Source: an uncultured Actinomycetes bacterium (GTDB lineage Bacteria > Actinomycetota > UBA4738 > HRBIN12). From it: a DNA stretch of 64,000 nt. The DNA lies in NCBI GenBank assembly GCA_963704885.1, contig CAVPIB010000004.1, forward strand, positions 448,001 to 512,000, given 5' to 3'. A model generated the notes under the pieces. That model had not been told where the DNA came from and made no database searches. It saw only the letters and a list, made by a program, of their open reading frames with translations. Made by a program: the position numbers and the translations under genes. Below, one piece after another: positions 1-13,223 of the stretch (its first letter is position 1; each line of letters starts with the position of its first letter).

Positions 1-519
1 AAGGAGCAGGCCGAGCACGCGATGCTGGTCGACCTGGCCCGCAACGACATCGGACGCGTGTGTGTGGCCGGATCGGTTCGCCCTACAGAGTTGATGGAGG
101 TCGAACGCTTCACGAAGGTGATGCACATCGTGTCGACGGTGGAGGGCGAGCTTCGGGAGGATCTCCACCCGCTGGACGCGCTCGCGGTCACGTTCCCCGC
201 GGGCACCGTGACGGGCGCGCCGAAGCGTCGCGCCATGGAGCTGATCGCCGAGCACGAACCGACGGCCCGCGGGCCATACGCGGGCGCGGTGGGCTATCTC
301 ACGTTCGCGGGCGACCTGGACTTCTGCATCACCATCCGGACCGCGGTGGTCGTCGATGGCCGCGTGTCCGTGCAGACCGGTGCGGGCGTGGTGGCCGACT
401 CCGACCCCCAGCGTGAGTTGGACGAGACGAAGGCCAAGGCGGCGGCGCTCTTGCCGGCGGTCGCGCCGGGCGAGGGTACGCTCGTCGTCGGACCAAAGGA
501 TGCGAAGGAGCCCCGATGA
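1..519 (+). CDS. trpE: Anthranilate synthase component I family (chorismate-binding), 5'-truncated by window edge
   Basis: Open from base 1 (KEQAEHAMLVDLARNDIGRV); FPAGTVTGAPKRRAMELI, RGPYAGAVGY, CITIRT and GAGVVADS motifs; overlaps the amidotransferase gene. Could be pabB. Confidence 0.85.
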   Translation, partial: KEQAEHAMLVDLARNDIGRVCVAGSVRPTELMEVERFTKVMHIVSTVEGELREDLHPLDALAVTFPAGTVTGAPKRRAMELIAEHEPTARGPYAGAVGYLTFAGDLDFCITIRTAVVVDGRVSVQTGAGVVADSDPQRELDETKAKAAALLPAVAPGEGTLVVGPKDAKEPR

Positions 520-1085
520 TCTTGGTCGTCGACCACTACGACTCGTTCACGTACAACCTGGTCCAGCTGATCGAGAGCCTGGGACGACCCACCGAGGTAG
601 TGAAGTCCGACGCGGAGCCGGCAGAGGCCCTGGCTGCGCGCGGACCCGACGCCGTCATCCTCTCCCCCGGGCCCGGCCGGCCCGAGGATGCGGGGGTGTT
701 CACGACCCTGCTCGGAACGCTGCCGCCCGAGACGCCCGTGCTCGGCGTGTGTCTGGGGCATCAGGCGCTGGGTATCTCGTGCGGGGGCGCCGTGGATCGC
801 GCGACCCCGGTTCACGGGAAGGCGTCGCTCGTCTTCCACGAAGGCAAGGGCATCCTCGAGGGTGTGAGCGACCCGTTCGAGGCCGGCAGGTATCACTCCC
901 TGGTGGTCCTCCGCGACCAGCTCCCCGAAGAACTCGAGCTCACGGCCTGGACCGAGGACGGACTCGTGATGGCCGCGCAGCACCGGACGCTCCCACGGTT
1001 CGGGGTGCAGTTCCACCCGGAATCGATCCTCACCCCCGAGGGTCCGCGGATCGTGGAGAACTTCCTGCGCCTGTCCACCCCATGA
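516..1085 (+). CDS. trpG: Anthranilate/aminodeoxychorismate synthase component II (class I glutamine amidotransferase)
   Basis: DHYDSFTYNL, ILSPGPGRP, LGVCLGHQ (catalytic Cys), GVQFHPES motifs; ATGA overlap with trpE. Confidence 0.9.
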   Translation: MILVVDHYDSFTYNLVQLIESLGRPTEVVKSDAEPAEALAARGPDAVILSPGPGRPEDAGVFTTLLGTLPPETPVLGVCLGHQALGISCGGAVDRATPVHGKASLVFHEGKGILEGVSDPFEAGRYHSLVVLRDQLPEELELTAWTEDGLVMAAQHRTLPRFGVQFHPESILTPEGPRIVENFLRLSTP

Positions 1086-1580
1086 GAACCGTCATCCGTC
1101 CCGCGACGGGTGCCGACCACGCGCGTGTGGATGCGGTTCATCGACGAGTGGTGGAGCGGTCGCGCGATGCGCCGGATGCTCCCTCGCCTCTTCTTCGAGC
1201 ACTTCGGGGACTCCAGCCTGATCGTGGACAACGTGGACGCCGAGCTCGTGGGCTTCCTCATCGGATCGTGTCGACGGCGCGTCCTGGCGAGGCGTATGTC
1301 CACTTCGTCGGCGTGCATCCCGCGCATCGTGGCTCCGGGATCGCCCGCGATCTCTACCTTCGCTACTTGGGGCTGGCGGCAACGCGCGGTTGCCGAAGGT
1401 CGGCTGCGTCACAGCACCGGTGAACGCGGGATCGATCGCGTTCCATCGCGCGATGGGCTTCGAGCTGGTGGATGGCGATGTCGTGGTGGATGGCGTACCG
1501 ATCCACGTGGCTTACGACGGCCTTGGCGAGGACCGGGTCGTCTTCCGGCGAGCCATCCCAACTTCCTCCGTCGATCAGCG
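1082..1580 (+). pseudogene. GNAT-family N-acetyltransferase broken by about 3 frameshifts (pseudogene or sequencing indels); 3' end approximate
   Basis: Pieces in three frames join into one GNAT: MRTVIRPATGADHARV / IDEWWSGRAMRRMLPRLFFEHF...LVGFLIG / EAYVHFVGVHPAHRGSGIARDLY / VTAPVNAGSIAFHRAMGF. Confidence 0.75.
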
Positions 1581-1584
1581 TCGA

Positions 1585-2562
1585 TCAAGGCGCGGGGCAG
1601 CGTGGACCGTAGGCGAACTCCGCCGAGTTGGGCGACACACGGCACCCGGCCTCGTTCACCGCGACGAAAGCTCCTGCGGGGATGGACTTCAACTCGTCCA
1701 TCAGGTCGTTCGTCCAATGGGGGTTGACCTCGCCCTGGAAGTACCAGTCGCTGCCGTTGTCGGCGACGATCATCCCGTAGCGCTTCATGGCTGTGAGGAT
1801 CACCTTGGCATCGCCGCTGAACCCCGACAGCTCGAACCCGGCCTTCAGTCGGAACCGCGCACCCATCGGGGGACACCTATCGTCGTCGCTCCCCGCCTGG
1901 TGCCGTGCCGGCCACAGGTACAGCTGGCTGGTGCAGCCGACCGTGAAACGGATCGCGTGTCTGATGACGCCGATCTCCACCTCGTCCCAGCGCACGAGGC
2001 CCGGGAAGATCGGCAGACCAGCCGCGTCGGCGGAGGTCCACGTGGCCGGTCGAAGGTCGTTGGCCGCAGAACCCTCAAGGCTGAAGATCGCGCCGCTTCC
2101 CGCCGTCGGGTCTCCGCCGTTCCACTCCGCCGCATACAGCTCGTAGAGCGTGCACGTGTCTCCGTCGATGATCAGTGCGTGTCGGTCGGATCCGCTCTCG
2201 ATATGGATGTCGGGTCCGAACGGGTACGGACCGGGATCACTTTCGTCCGCGTACCCGAAGTCGATATGCACCATCTGGTGCGTCCGGTCGACCACGTCGA
2301 ACGGCAGTCCGTACTCGGGGGGTCCGAAGTCCGGATGCAGCAGCGAGGAACCCGCGTGCATCGATCTCTTCCAGACCTTGTTCTTCTTAGCGACGGGCAA
2401 CTTCGAGACGTCCATGTTCCAAACGTTGTTCGCAGGGAAGACGCGACACTGGGTCCCGGGGACCGGAGCGCGGTCCGGGACCTGCGCGGACGCTGGCAGG
2501 ATCAACCCAAGAGCGACCACGAACGCGAGCGCCGGAGCTTTCCCCTTCATGGTCAGCTTCAT
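1585..2562 (-). CDS. Secreted conserved hypothetical protein; start 2550, 2562 or 2568
   Basis: Signal peptide MKGKAPALAFVVALGLILPASA; globular mature part (FPANNVWN, SDRHALII, WTSADAAGLPIFPGL, YGMIVADNGS). Confidence 0.75.
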   Translation of the reverse strand: MKLTMKGKAPALAFVVALGLILPASAQVPDRAPVPGTQCRVFPANNVWNMDVSKLPVAKKNKVWKRSMHAGSSLLHPDFGPPEYGLPFDVVDRTHQMVHIDFGYADESDPGPYPFGPDIHIESGSDRHALIIDGDTCTLYELYAAEWNGGDPTAGSGAIFSLEGSAANDLRPATWTSADAAGLPIFPGLVRWDEVEIGVIRHAIRFTVGCTSQLYLWPARHQAGSDDDRCPPMGARFRLKAGFELSGFSGDAKVILTAMKRYGMIVADNGSDWYFQGEVNPHWTNDLMDELKSIPAGAFVAVNEAGCRVSPNSAEFAYGPRCPAP

Positions 2563-2602
2563 CGGCATCTGCCCGGCCGCGGGTTGAGCGACGATCTTGG
2601 CA

Positions 2603-2621
2603 CTAGTCTGAGCGAGACTAG
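2603..2621. repeat. 19-bp CTAG-bounded palindrome, copy 1
   Basis: CTAGTCTGAGCGAGACTAG; its reverse complement differs at 2 positions from the copy at 51866; contains the ispG stop codon. Confidence 0.7.
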
Positions 2622-3715
2622 GTATCGGTCGCGGGATGGAGCGCGCGCTCCGCGGCGATCTTCTCCGCTTCTGCGACCAACCGCGCAACGAACTCGCCCT
2701 CGGGGATCTTGTCCTTGACCTCGCCATTCACGATCAAGAAGCCCTGGCCTTTGCCGGCCGCGATCCCCAGATCCGCCTCACGCGCCTCGCCGGGACCGTT
2801 GACGACGCACCCCATCACGGCCACGCGGAGGGGCACTTTGATGCCCTTGCGCTCGAGCTCCTCGTTCACCTGCTTGGTGAGCCCAAGGACGTCCACCTCG
2901 GCGCGACCACACGAGGGACACGCGACCAGATCCAGGCCACGCTTGCGAAGCCCCAGAGACTGCAGGATCCACGTGCCGGCCTTCACCTCCTCGACCGGAT
3001 CGTCGGTAAGCGACACGCGGATGGTGTCCCCGATCCCCTCAGCGAGCAGAGCACCGATCCCGACCGCACTCTTGATCCCGCCCGTCGGCATCGGCCCGGC
3101 CTCGGTCACCCCCAGGTGAAGCGGATAGTCGCACCTTTCTGCCAGTTGCCGGTACGCCTCGATCATCACTCGCGGGTCGGAGTGCTTCACAGAGATCTTG
3201 ATGTCGAAGAAGTCCTCGTCCTCCAGGATGCGCGCCTCGTTCAGAGCGGACTCCACCAGAGCCTCGGGTGTGGGCGCGCCGTACTTCTCGAGCAGGTCCT
3301 TCTCGAGAGAACCGGCGTTCACGCCGATGCGGATGGGCACGTCACGCGCCTTGGCCTCACGGGCGATCAGCCGAACCTTGTCCTGATACTTGATGTTCCC
3401 GGGGTTGATACGCAGTCCCTGGATGCCAGCCTCCAGCGCCACCATGGCGTACTTCCACTGGAAATGGATGTCGGCCACGACGGGCACCGTCGACTTCGCA
3501 GCGATCGCCGTGAGAGCTTCGGCGTCCTCCCGATGAGGGACCGCCACGCGGACGATGTCGACGCCGGTGGCCACGAGCGATGCGATCTGCTGGAGCGTGG
3601 CGTTGACGTCGGCCGTCTTCGTGGTGGTCATGGACTGGACGCTGATCGGTGCGTCGCCCCCGATAAGGACGTCACCGACACGTATCTGTCGGGTCTTGCG
3701 GCGCGGACGGCTCAC
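2618..3715 (-). CDS. ispG: (E)-4-hydroxy-3-methylbut-2-enyl-diphosphate synthase
   Basis: [49 protein letters not shown] motifs. Confidence 0.97.
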   Translation of the reverse strand: MSRPRRKTRQIRVGDVLIGGDAPISVQSMTTTKTADVNATLQQIASLVATGVDIVRVAVPHREDAEALTAIAAKSTVPVVADIHFQWKYAMVALEAGIQGLRINPGNIKYQDKVRLIAREAKARDVPIRIGVNAGSLEKDLLEKYGAPTPEALVESALNEARILEDEDFFDIKISVKHSDPRVMIEAYRQLAERCDYPLHLGVTEAGPMPTGGIKSAVGIGALLAEGIGDTIRVSLTDDPVEEVKAGTWILQSLGLRKRGLDLVACPSCGRAEVDVLGLTKQVNEELERKGIKVPLRVAVMGCVVNGPGEAREADLGIAAGKGQGFLIVNGEVKDKIPEGEFVARLVAEAEKIAAERALHPATDT

Positions 3716-3728
3716 GTCGCCCAGTCTC

Positions 3729-4178
3729 TCAGAGGCCGAACACGTGGAAGGTCACACGCCGTGGCTTCGGCTCGTCGAGCTCCAGGAAGATCAACCGCTG
3801 CCACCGCCCGACGCCGGCTCGCCGGCCACCACCGGGATCGCGTGGGACGTTGAGGACAGCAGCATGGCCTTCACATGCGCATGTCCGTTCTTGCGTTCGT
3901 CCTCGTGCACGTTCTGTGTTCGAACGTCGAAGTCGTCGTGTTCGTAGTAGATGTCGTCTTGCGGAACCGACGCCGTGAGGTGCCGCCGGCAGTCGGCCAG
4001 CGCTCCGGCCTCCCACTCGTTGATCAGCAACGCGACGGTCGTCTGCTCGCAGAACGCGATCGCGGCGCCGTCGGTCACCCCCGCGTCCTTGATCGCACGC
4101 GCCAGATCCTCGGGTCAGGTCCAGGTACGTGTACTGCTCCGAAGTCACCACCTCAACGGTGGTCGTGCTCGACCTCAT
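3729..4178 (-). CDS. YjbQ/UPF0047 family protein with two compensating frameshifts (~4112 and ~3820)
   Basis: N-terminus ..YLDLT and C-terminus [12 protein letters not shown] in one frame; the middle ([24 protein letters not shown]) in another frame. Confidence 0.75.
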   Translation of the reverse strand: MRSSTTTVEVVTSEQYTYLDLTRGSGACDQGRGGDRRRRDRVLRADDRRVADQRVGGRSAGRLPAAPHGVGSARRHLLRTRRLRRSNTERARGRTQERTCACEGHAAVLNVPRDPGGGRRAGVGRWQRLIFLELDEPKPRRVTFHVFGL

Positions 4179-5545
4179 CCATCCCCCTTGCTCTCGGCGG
4201 TACTCGCGACCGGGAGATCGAAAGTGAAGACGCTGCCTTTCCCCAGCTCGCTCTGGGCTCGGATGTGGCCTCCATGGGCCTCGACGACCGAGCGAGCGAT
4301 CGCCAGGCCGATGCCGGTACCGCCGTCCTCGCGTGAACGCGCGGGGTCGGCTCTGTAGAAGCGTTCGAACAGGCGGGGCAGGTGCTCGGCAGGGATACCC
4401 ACGCCCGTGTCGGCCACGTGAACCTCGACCGAACCATTGTGCCTGTGGGCCGAGACCGTGACGGCGCCGCCCGACGGCGTGAATCGCACCGCGTTCTCAA
4501 GCAGATTGAACAGCACTTGGTGTACGCGCTCACGGTCGGCATCGACCGGCGGAAGGTCCTCCGGTAGCTCGCTCTCGACCGCAACCCCGCTGTCTGAGCG
4601 CGCAACGTCTATCTCGGAGAGGACCTGCGCCACGAGCGGACCAAGTGGCAGGTCTTCCCGCTGGAGCGGCAGCTCTCCCGATTCAAGTCTCGACAGCTCC
4701 AGCAACTGCTCGATCAGGCGGCTCAGCCGTTCGGTCTGGGAAAGCATCACCTGCAACGTCTGGGGATCAGGGTGCTCCACGCCGTCCAATAGGTTCTCCA
4801 GGTGCGCCCGGATCGCGGTGATCGGCGTCTTCAGCTCGTGAGACACGTTGGCGACCAGATCACGACGGGATTGCTCGAGGCCCTGCAGTTCCGCGCTCAT
4901 CCGGTTGAACGCCGCGGCGAGCTGCCCCACCTCGTCGCGGGAGCGTGTGTGGACCCGCTTCGTGTAGTCACCGGTCTCCATCCGGCGAGCTGCGGCGGCC
5001 ATGTCGCGCAGTGGCTGGGTCATACCTCGCGCGAGCCATCGCGCCACCACCAGCGAGAGCCCCGCGGCGAGCGCCCCTGCCAACAGGAACTGCCACCAGA
5101 AGTCGGTCAGGAACCTGAACGTCGCGCCGATGCGAGCGAAGATCCCCCTCCCCGCAGCCGGGTGCGTCGCATACACCAGCTCGACGACCTGCCCGGACGC
5201 GACCACCGGCACGACCGCGTACTCGACACCCTGCGCGATACCCACATGAACCATGCCATCGGTGAAACTGGGCAGTCCGGCTGGCGGATCATCCGGGGAG
5301 AGCACCGTCCCGTTCGGATCCGTCCTGACGACGACGATCCCCGCCGGTGCCGTGGCAGTGGCTCCAGCAGCTGTCCGGCGGGCCACCCGCAGGAGCGTCA
5401 GCCGGTCCGTGTCTTGAGACGACTCCCGCAACGCGTAGCCCAGGATCAGGAAGATCAGGAGGACCGTCATGCCAACCGCGAAGATGATCGTGGAGCCCAA
5501 CTTCGCCCGGATGGTAGGGAACCGCTCGAACTGTCGGGAACTCAC
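4175..5545 (-). CDS. HAMP-containing sensor histidine kinase (BaeS-like)
   Basis: Two TM segments, HAMP ([13 protein letters not shown]), H-box [28 protein letters not shown]. Confidence 0.93.
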   Translation of the reverse strand: MSSRQFERFPTIRAKLGSTIIFAVGMTVLLIFLILGYALRESSQDTDRLTLLRVARRTAAGATATAPAGIVVVRTDPNGTVLSPDDPPAGLPSFTDGMVHVGIAQGVEYAVVPVVASGQVVELVYATHPAAGRGIFARIGATFRFLTDFWWQFLLAGALAAGLSLVVARWLARGMTQPLRDMAAAARRMETGDYTKRVHTRSRDEVGQLAAAFNRMSAELQGLEQSRRDLVANVSHELKTPITAIRAHLENLLDGVEHPDPQTLQVMLSQTERLSRLIEQLLELSRLESGELPLQREDLPLGPLVAQVLSEIDVARSDSGVAVESELPEDLPPVDADRERVHQVLFNLLENAVRFTPSGGAVTVSAHRHNGSVEVHVADTGVGIPAEHLPRLFERFYRADPARSREDGGTGIGLAIARSVVEAHGGHIRAQSELGKGSVFTFDLPVASTAESKGDG

Positions 5546-6237
5546 GACCGATCCTGGAACGCGTAGCCCACGCCGTGGACCGTGCGGACGAACCGTGGCT
5601 CGTTCCCATCCTCGCCCAGCTTCCGGCGGATGCGAGCGACGTGTGAGTCCACCACACGGCCGCCCGCGTAGTCGCGATAACCCCAGACGCGATCCATCAG
5701 TTGCTCACGGGAGAACACGACCCCGGGGTCGCGGGCGAGGGTGGCCAAGATCTCGAACTCGAGAGGCGTGAGCTGGATCTCGGTGCCGTCGACGGTCACC
5801 CGTCTTCGGCTGCCATCCACCTCCAAACCGTCGCGCAGGATCGGCCCCTCGGACTCCATCGCGCGCATCCGCTCTATCCGGCGCAGGATCGCCTTCACCC
5901 TCGATGCCAGCTCACGGAGGCTGAAAGGCTTGGTCAGATAGTCGTCCGCGCCGACGGCGAATCCCGCCACCTTGTCGGCTTCCTCGGTCTTGGCCGTGAG
6001 CATGAGCACCGGTGTCCACGAAGTGCGTTGGATCTCCTTGCATACCTCAAGACCGTCCATGCCGGGGAGCATCAGATCTAGCACGACCAGGTCCGGGTGC
6101 TCCTGGCGGTGCAGCTCGATCGCTTGGGGGCCGTCACCGGCCACGAGGACGCGGAACCCCTCGCTCTCGAGTCGGGCACGGACGGCCTCCGCGATCGCTT
6201 CCTCGTCGTCGACGACGAGCACGGTCTGATCACTCAC
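5542..6237 (-). CDS. OmpR/PhoB-family response regulator
   Basis: [26 protein letters not shown] and winged helix [12 protein letters not shown]; GTG at 6237 lies 6 nt after a TACGAT -10 hexamer (leaderless). Confidence 0.93.
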   Translation of the reverse strand: MSDQTVLVVDDEEAIAEAVRARLESEGFRVLVAGDGPQAIELHRQEHPDLVVLDLMLPGMDGLEVCKEIQRTSWTPVLMLTAKTEEADKVAGFAVGADDYLTKPFSLRELASRVKAILRRIERMRAMESEGPILRDGLEVDGSRRRVTVDGTEIQLTPLEFEILATLARDPGVVFSREQLMDRVWGYRDYAGGRVVDSHVARIRRKLGEDGNEPRFVRTVHGVGYAFQDRS

Positions 6238-6319
6238 CCGTTCATCGTATCCGCAGCGTGTCACTGGCCTTCGAGCGTCGTTGTGGAGAACTTGTGGCAG
6301 GGGCGGTCGGCCGGAGCGG

Positions 6320-7435
6320 CTACGGCGAGAAGCTGAGTGGTTTGGTTATGTCCAAGAGGATCGTAGCCAGAACGAACACCACGAAGAACGCCATCACGGC
6401 CGCCGACACGGGGATCAGCTTGCGCATGTCGATCTGCTTGCCACGGACCTTCTCGACGGCCAGGACGGCTAGGTGTCCACCATCGAACGGCGGCAGCGGC
6501 ACGAGGTTCACCAAACCGATGAATACGGTGATGAAGCCGAGGAAGTACAGGATGGTCCCCCAGTCGCCGGCCGACCCCGTGGCGCCTACGGCCTGGCCGA
6601 TGCCCACCACGCTCGCGGGATCCTGTGCCGATCGTTCGGCATCGGTGAACAGCAACGTGAAGACCCGGCCGACCCCCTGTGGTCCGAAGAGCTGCGTGAT
6701 CTGGTGAAGGGACTCCTTCACCGCCATCCCGACTTCCTTCACACCACCGACGAGCGCCGCGACCGGTCCGGACTTCGCGGGGCCTAGGAGGATGCCTATC
6801 CGACCGATCGTTCGGCCTTGCACCGTGTCCCAACTCGGCGTGATGGTTCGAGTCAGGGTCTCGCCGTCGCGCTCGATCGTGAAGACGATCGGATCGCCGA
6901 CGTGGTCGGTGGTGTAGTCGAGCATCTCGACCGGTGTTGGCTCGGAGAGATCGTCCAGGCCGACGATCCGGTCACCGGGCTGCATCCCAGCGGCGGCGGC
7001 GGGACCCTCGGCCCCGTTCATGGTGGTCTCAACGCTGCTGACGACCGGCGTCGGCGTCCGCGGATCTCCGAAGAACGACAACCAGATCGCGAAGATGACC
7101 GCGGCAACTACGAAATGAGAGCCTGGGCCCGCGAAGATGACCAACGCGCGCTGCCGGATCGGCTTCGAGCCGTAGCTCCGCGGCAGGTCCTCGGTGGCTA
7201 CCGGCTCGTACGGATTCATCCCCGCGATCTTCACGTAGCCTCCGAGTGGCAGCGCCTTCACGCCGTACTCGATGTCGTTCCTCGTGAAGGACCAGATCCT
7301 CGGCCCGAATCCCACGAAGTACTGCTCCACCTTGAACCCGTACGCCCTGGCCACCAGGTAGTGCCCCAGCTCGTGGATCAGGATGATGAAGAGGAGTCCG
7401 GTGAAGAAGACGACGATCGCAAGGGTTCCCGACAT
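6320..7435 (-). CDS. rseP: RIP metalloprotease RseP/Rip1 (M50 + PDZ)
   Basis: IHELGH, LPLGGYVKI, PDZ (GMQPGDRIV), NLVPLPPFDGG; conserved position next to dxr. Confidence 0.92.
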   Translation of the reverse strand: MSGTLAIVVFFTGLLFIILIHELGHYLVARAYGFKVEQYFVGFGPRIWSFTRNDIEYGVKALPLGGYVKIAGMNPYEPVATEDLPRSYGSKPIRQRALVIFAGPGSHFVVAAVIFAIWLSFFGDPRTPTPVVSSVETTMNGAEGPAAAAGMQPGDRIVGLDDLSEPTPVEMLDYTTDHVGDPIVFTIERDGETLTRTITPSWDTVQGRTIGRIGILLGPAKSGPVAALVGGVKEVGMAVKESLHQITQLFGPQGVGRVFTLLFTDAERSAQDPASVVGIGQAVGATGSAGDWGTILYFLGFITVFIGLVNLVPLPPFDGGHLAVLAVEKVRGKQIDMRKLIPVSAAVMAFFVVFVLATILLDITKPLSFSP

Positions 7436-7443
7436 GGTTGGAA

Positions 7444-8601
7444 CTACCGCTCTTCGACGATCTCGGCCGCGCGCTGCCTTCCCCAACGATCAGCGCGCTC
7501 GATGTTCACGATCGAGACGACCGACGCCGGCTCATGCTCGTCGACCACGGTCTGCACGATCTCGACGATCCGGGTGAGCGCGATCTTGCCCTCCAGGAAC
7601 GCCATCACGGCTACCTCGTTGGCTGCGTTCATGACGGCTGGGAACGTGAGGCCCAGGCCGCCCACCCGGTACGCCAGATCGACGGCCGGGAACGCCTCGC
7701 GGTCGACGGGCTCGAACGTGAGTGAACGGTCGGTGAGCGGCACTGGCTCGACACCGGTGGGGAGCCGGTCCGGCCAGGCGAGAGCTTGCTGGATAGGAAG
7801 ACGCATGTCTGCTACTGCCATCTCGGCACGTAGGCTGCCATCCCTGAACTCCGCCATCGCATGAACCACGCCCTCCGGGTGGATCAGCACGTGGATCTGG
7901 GAGTACTCCAACGCGAAGAGGTAGTGAGCCTCGATCACCTCTAGACCCTTGTTCATGAGGGTCGCGGAGTCGATCGTGATCTTCGGACCCATGGTCCAGA
8001 CGGGGTGCTGGAGCGCCTCCTTGACCGAAGCCCTTGACAGCTCGCTCCGGGTCCATCCACGGAACGGCCCGCCCGATCCGGTCAGGACCACGCGCTTCAG
8101 GTCCTCGCGCCGCTCACCGCGGAGCGCCATGGCCAGTGCAGCGTGTTCAGAGTCCACGGGCAGCAGCCGTTCCGGTTCGCCCTTGATCAGGTCCATCACC
8201 AACTCGCCCCCGACGACCAGGCTCTCCTTGTTCGCGAGCGCCAACGTCTTCCCGCTCTGAAGCGCCGCGAGCGTGGGAGCCAAGCCGGCTGATCCGACCA
8301 ATCCGTTCAGCACCACGTCTGCGTCGGTGTCGCGCGCGATGGCCTCGGTCGCGTCGGGGCCGACGATGAGCTCCACCCCCCGGATCCCTCCGAGCTTCTG
8401 CTTGACGTCGGCCGCGGCGTCCGTGTCCGCGATGGCCACGAGCGGCGGCAGGAACTCGCGCACCTGGCCGATCAACAGGTCCTGGTTGGCGCCTCCGGCC
8501 GACAGGCCGACGACCTTGAACCGGTCCGGGTTGCGCCGCACGACGTCGAGGGCCTGCGTGCCGATCGAACCCGTCGATCCCAAGATGGCGAGCGATCTCA
8601 T
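7444..8601 (-). CDS. dxr: 1-deoxy-D-xylulose-5-phosphate reductoisomerase
   Basis: LGSTGSIG, LANKESLV, PVDSEH, MGPKITIDSATLMNKGLE, NAANE. Confidence 0.97.
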   Translation of the reverse strand: MRSLAILGSTGSIGTQALDVVRRNPDRFKVVGLSAGGANQDLLIGQVREFLPPLVAIADTDAAADVKQKLGGIRGVELIVGPDATEAIARDTDADVVLNGLVGSAGLAPTLAALQSGKTLALANKESLVVGGELVMDLIKGEPERLLPVDSEHAALAMALRGERREDLKRVVLTGSGGPFRGWTRSELSRASVKEALQHPVWTMGPKITIDSATLMNKGLEVIEAHYLFALEYSQIHVLIHPEGVVHAMAEFRDGSLRAEMAVADMRLPIQQALAWPDRLPTGVEPVPLTDRSLTFEPVDREAFPAVDLAYRVGGLGLTFPAVMNAANEVAVMAFLEGKIALTRIVEIVQTVVDEHEPASVVSIVNIERADRWGRQRAAEIVEER

Positions 8602-8648
8602 GAGCTCAAGCGTACCCCGAGTCCACGCGGAACCCCGCTAGCGAACGC

Positions 8649-10201
8649 CTAAGCGAAGATGACGCGGAGGAGCAGGAAGGCTGCGGGGGCCACGAACAAC
8701 AGGGAGTCGATGCGATCGAGCACACCACCGTGGCCCGGCAGGATGCTTCCCATGTCCTTGATCCCGAGGTCTCGCTTGATCAGCGACTCCGCCAGGTCTC
8801 CGAGCGTCGCGGCCGCGGCGATCACGATCGCCAGCAGCAACGCCTCGGTTTGCTTGTGCTCGAAGGGGGCGACGAACGACGGCACCAGCGCCATCGCCAC
8901 GATGATCGTGATCAAGGTGGCCCCGATCAACCCCTCCAGCGACTTCTTGGGGCTCACGCTCGGCGCGAGCGGACGCTGGAAGAAGGACCCACCCCAGACG
9001 GAACCGACCAGGAACGCGCACGTGTCGAATATGAACGTCAGCCCTATCACGGCTACCACCAGGGCCTTGCCGTCGCTCCCACCGATCGCCAGCGTGATGA
9101 TCAGATAGCTAGCCAAGAGCGGGATGTAAGCGATGTTCAGGATCGTGGCGCCGATGTGTCCCACGACGCCCTTTCGGTGCGCGGCCGGACCGGCCATGAA
9201 CCACAGGAACGTCGCCATGATCCCCAGCGCGAGCATCGCGAGCACGCCGGGCTCCCCATGGTAGTAGGCCCCCGCCATCATCAGGCCGCCGGTGACCAAC
9301 CCGACGAACGTGGCCGGCTGCTGGTGGTGCTTCACGCTGACCCCGAAGAGCTCGCCCTGCGCGATCAGCACGATGAGCCCGGCGACGATGGCGAATGCGC
9401 CCTTTCCGATCAGCAGGCTCGCCAGCGCGATCCCGGCCAGCACCACGCCAGTCAGCACGGCCGCCGGAACGTCACGCTCCCCCTCGTTGGGGCCTCGGCG
9501 ATCCAGATCTGCCCCCACCTCCACCGAAGTTGGTTCCTGCCAGCTCGGCCCGCCCAAGCCCTCGGCTCCCACCACGACGGTCCGCGGCACGCGGTCTTCC
9601 TCGTCGAGGTCGGACAGGATGTCCTCCTCGACCTGGTCCGCGGGTTCATCGCCGAACAGATCGTCCATGGTCGTCGCCGGTTCAGACGCGATGACCGTAA
9701 CGACCTCGTCGACGGGGTCCTCATCCCGGTCTACGGAGCCGGCGAAGTGCTCCGCCGCGGCCTCTAAGGCGGATTCGGAAGGCTCTTCGTCCGGCATCGA
9801 TCCCTCGTCACCCGCCCCAGGCGCGTCGAAGAGCCCGGTCTGATCGGCGTCGTCACCCGCCTCGGGGATGGCCGCGACGATCTCCTGGTCGATCTCAACC
9901 TCCTCGGCATCGTCCTCGTCGGTCGTCGATCCCAAGAGCTCGTCGATGGGCTCGAGGACGCTGGTGTCGTACCAGGACTCGTCATCGTCATCGTCTTCGA
10001 TGGACGGGGTGGCTGCCGACTCCTCGGCGTGTTCCCCCTGTCCGGACGGCGCGACCGGAGCATGAACGGCCACGTGTTCTTCCTGGGGCGTCTCTGAGGA
10101 CTGGGGCGTCTCTTCTGACTCCCAGTCCACGTCACGGATAGGTGCGAAGAACTTGTCGAGGTCCTCGAACAGATCGTCGCCGCCAGGCTTGTCGTCGGTC
10201 A

Positions 10202-10202
<1 letters not shown>
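8649..10202 (-). CDS. cdsA: Phosphatidate cytidylyltransferase with long acidic N-terminal extension
   Basis: C-terminal SPKKSLEG and GDLAESLIKRDLGIKDMGSILPGHGGVLDRIDS signature; follows frr. Confidence 0.92.
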
Positions 10203-12123
<1,921 letters not shown>

Positions 12124-12127
<4 letters not shown>

Positions 12128-13050
12128 GTGGGCTCCCCAGCGGTCGAGCCGTCGGCCGCCTGGTCGACGGCGGGAGTGGATGCCTCCGCCGGCTCTGCGA
12201 CCACCTCCGGCTCCTCGGGAGCGGCGATCTCGACCGGAGCGGGTGACGGAGCATCCGGCTCGAACACCGTGGTTGCGGCGATCTCGGCGGCGACCTCCGG
12301 GGTCTCGACCTCGGGCATGTCGGCTGCGACGGCCTCGGCGGTCATCTTCTCCACCAGGTCGTCCTTCGCGAGCCCTCGACCCTCACCCAGGCCGTCGGCG
12401 ATCACGCGCGCCACCAACGTGACCGCTCGGATCGCGTCGTCGTTGCCAGGGATAACGTAGTCGACCTCGTCGGGGTCGCAGTTCGTGTCGACGATGGCGA
12501 TCACCGGCACCTTCAGCTTGCGCGCCTCGGTCACCGCGATGTGCTCCTTCTTCGTGTCCACGATGAAGACGGCGTCGGGCACTCGGTCCAGATCCTGGAT
12601 CCCCGATAGATTGCGCTCGAGCTTCTCGCGCTCGCGCCGCAACCTGATCGCTTCCTTCTTCGGCAGGTAGTCCAAGGCCCCGGTGCGCTCCATCTCGCGC
12701 AGCTCGCGCATGCGCCCCAGGCGCTTGGAGATGGTGGTGAAGTTCGTGAGCATCCCGCCCAGCCAACGGTTGTTCACGTAGGGCATCCCGACGCGGGTGG
12801 CGTGGTCCGCCACGACCTCCTGGGCCTGCTTCTTCGTCCCAACGAACAGGACGATGCCTCCACGGCGGCCGAGGTCACGGACGAAGGCGTACGCCTCCTC
12901 GAGGCCCTCCAAGGATTTCTCGAGGTCGATGATGTAGATCCCGGAACGCTCCCCGTATAAGAAGCGAGACATCTTCGGGTTCCACCGGCGTGTCTGGTGG
13001 CCGAAGTGAACGCCCGCTTCGAGGAGCTCCCGCCTGGTCACAACAGGCAC
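12124..13050 (-). CDS. rpsB: 30S ribosomal protein S2
   Basis: [36 protein letters not shown]; AAGGAGG RBS before GTG 13050. Confidence 0.97.
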
Positions 13051-13223
13051 GGGTGCCTCCTTCGCTCGGTTTTTCATCCTCCGCCCGGATCTTCCCGGCC
13101 CGGCCCTGTCCACTTGGGAAGGGACCCCGGGGCTCGGTCCTCGGGCGTGTGTGCTCGGCGTTCACGCGCCGGCGCGCGCAGTCTACCAGCGGGTTCCCGC
13201 TCCTCGATCCGAGCTCTCGAGTC

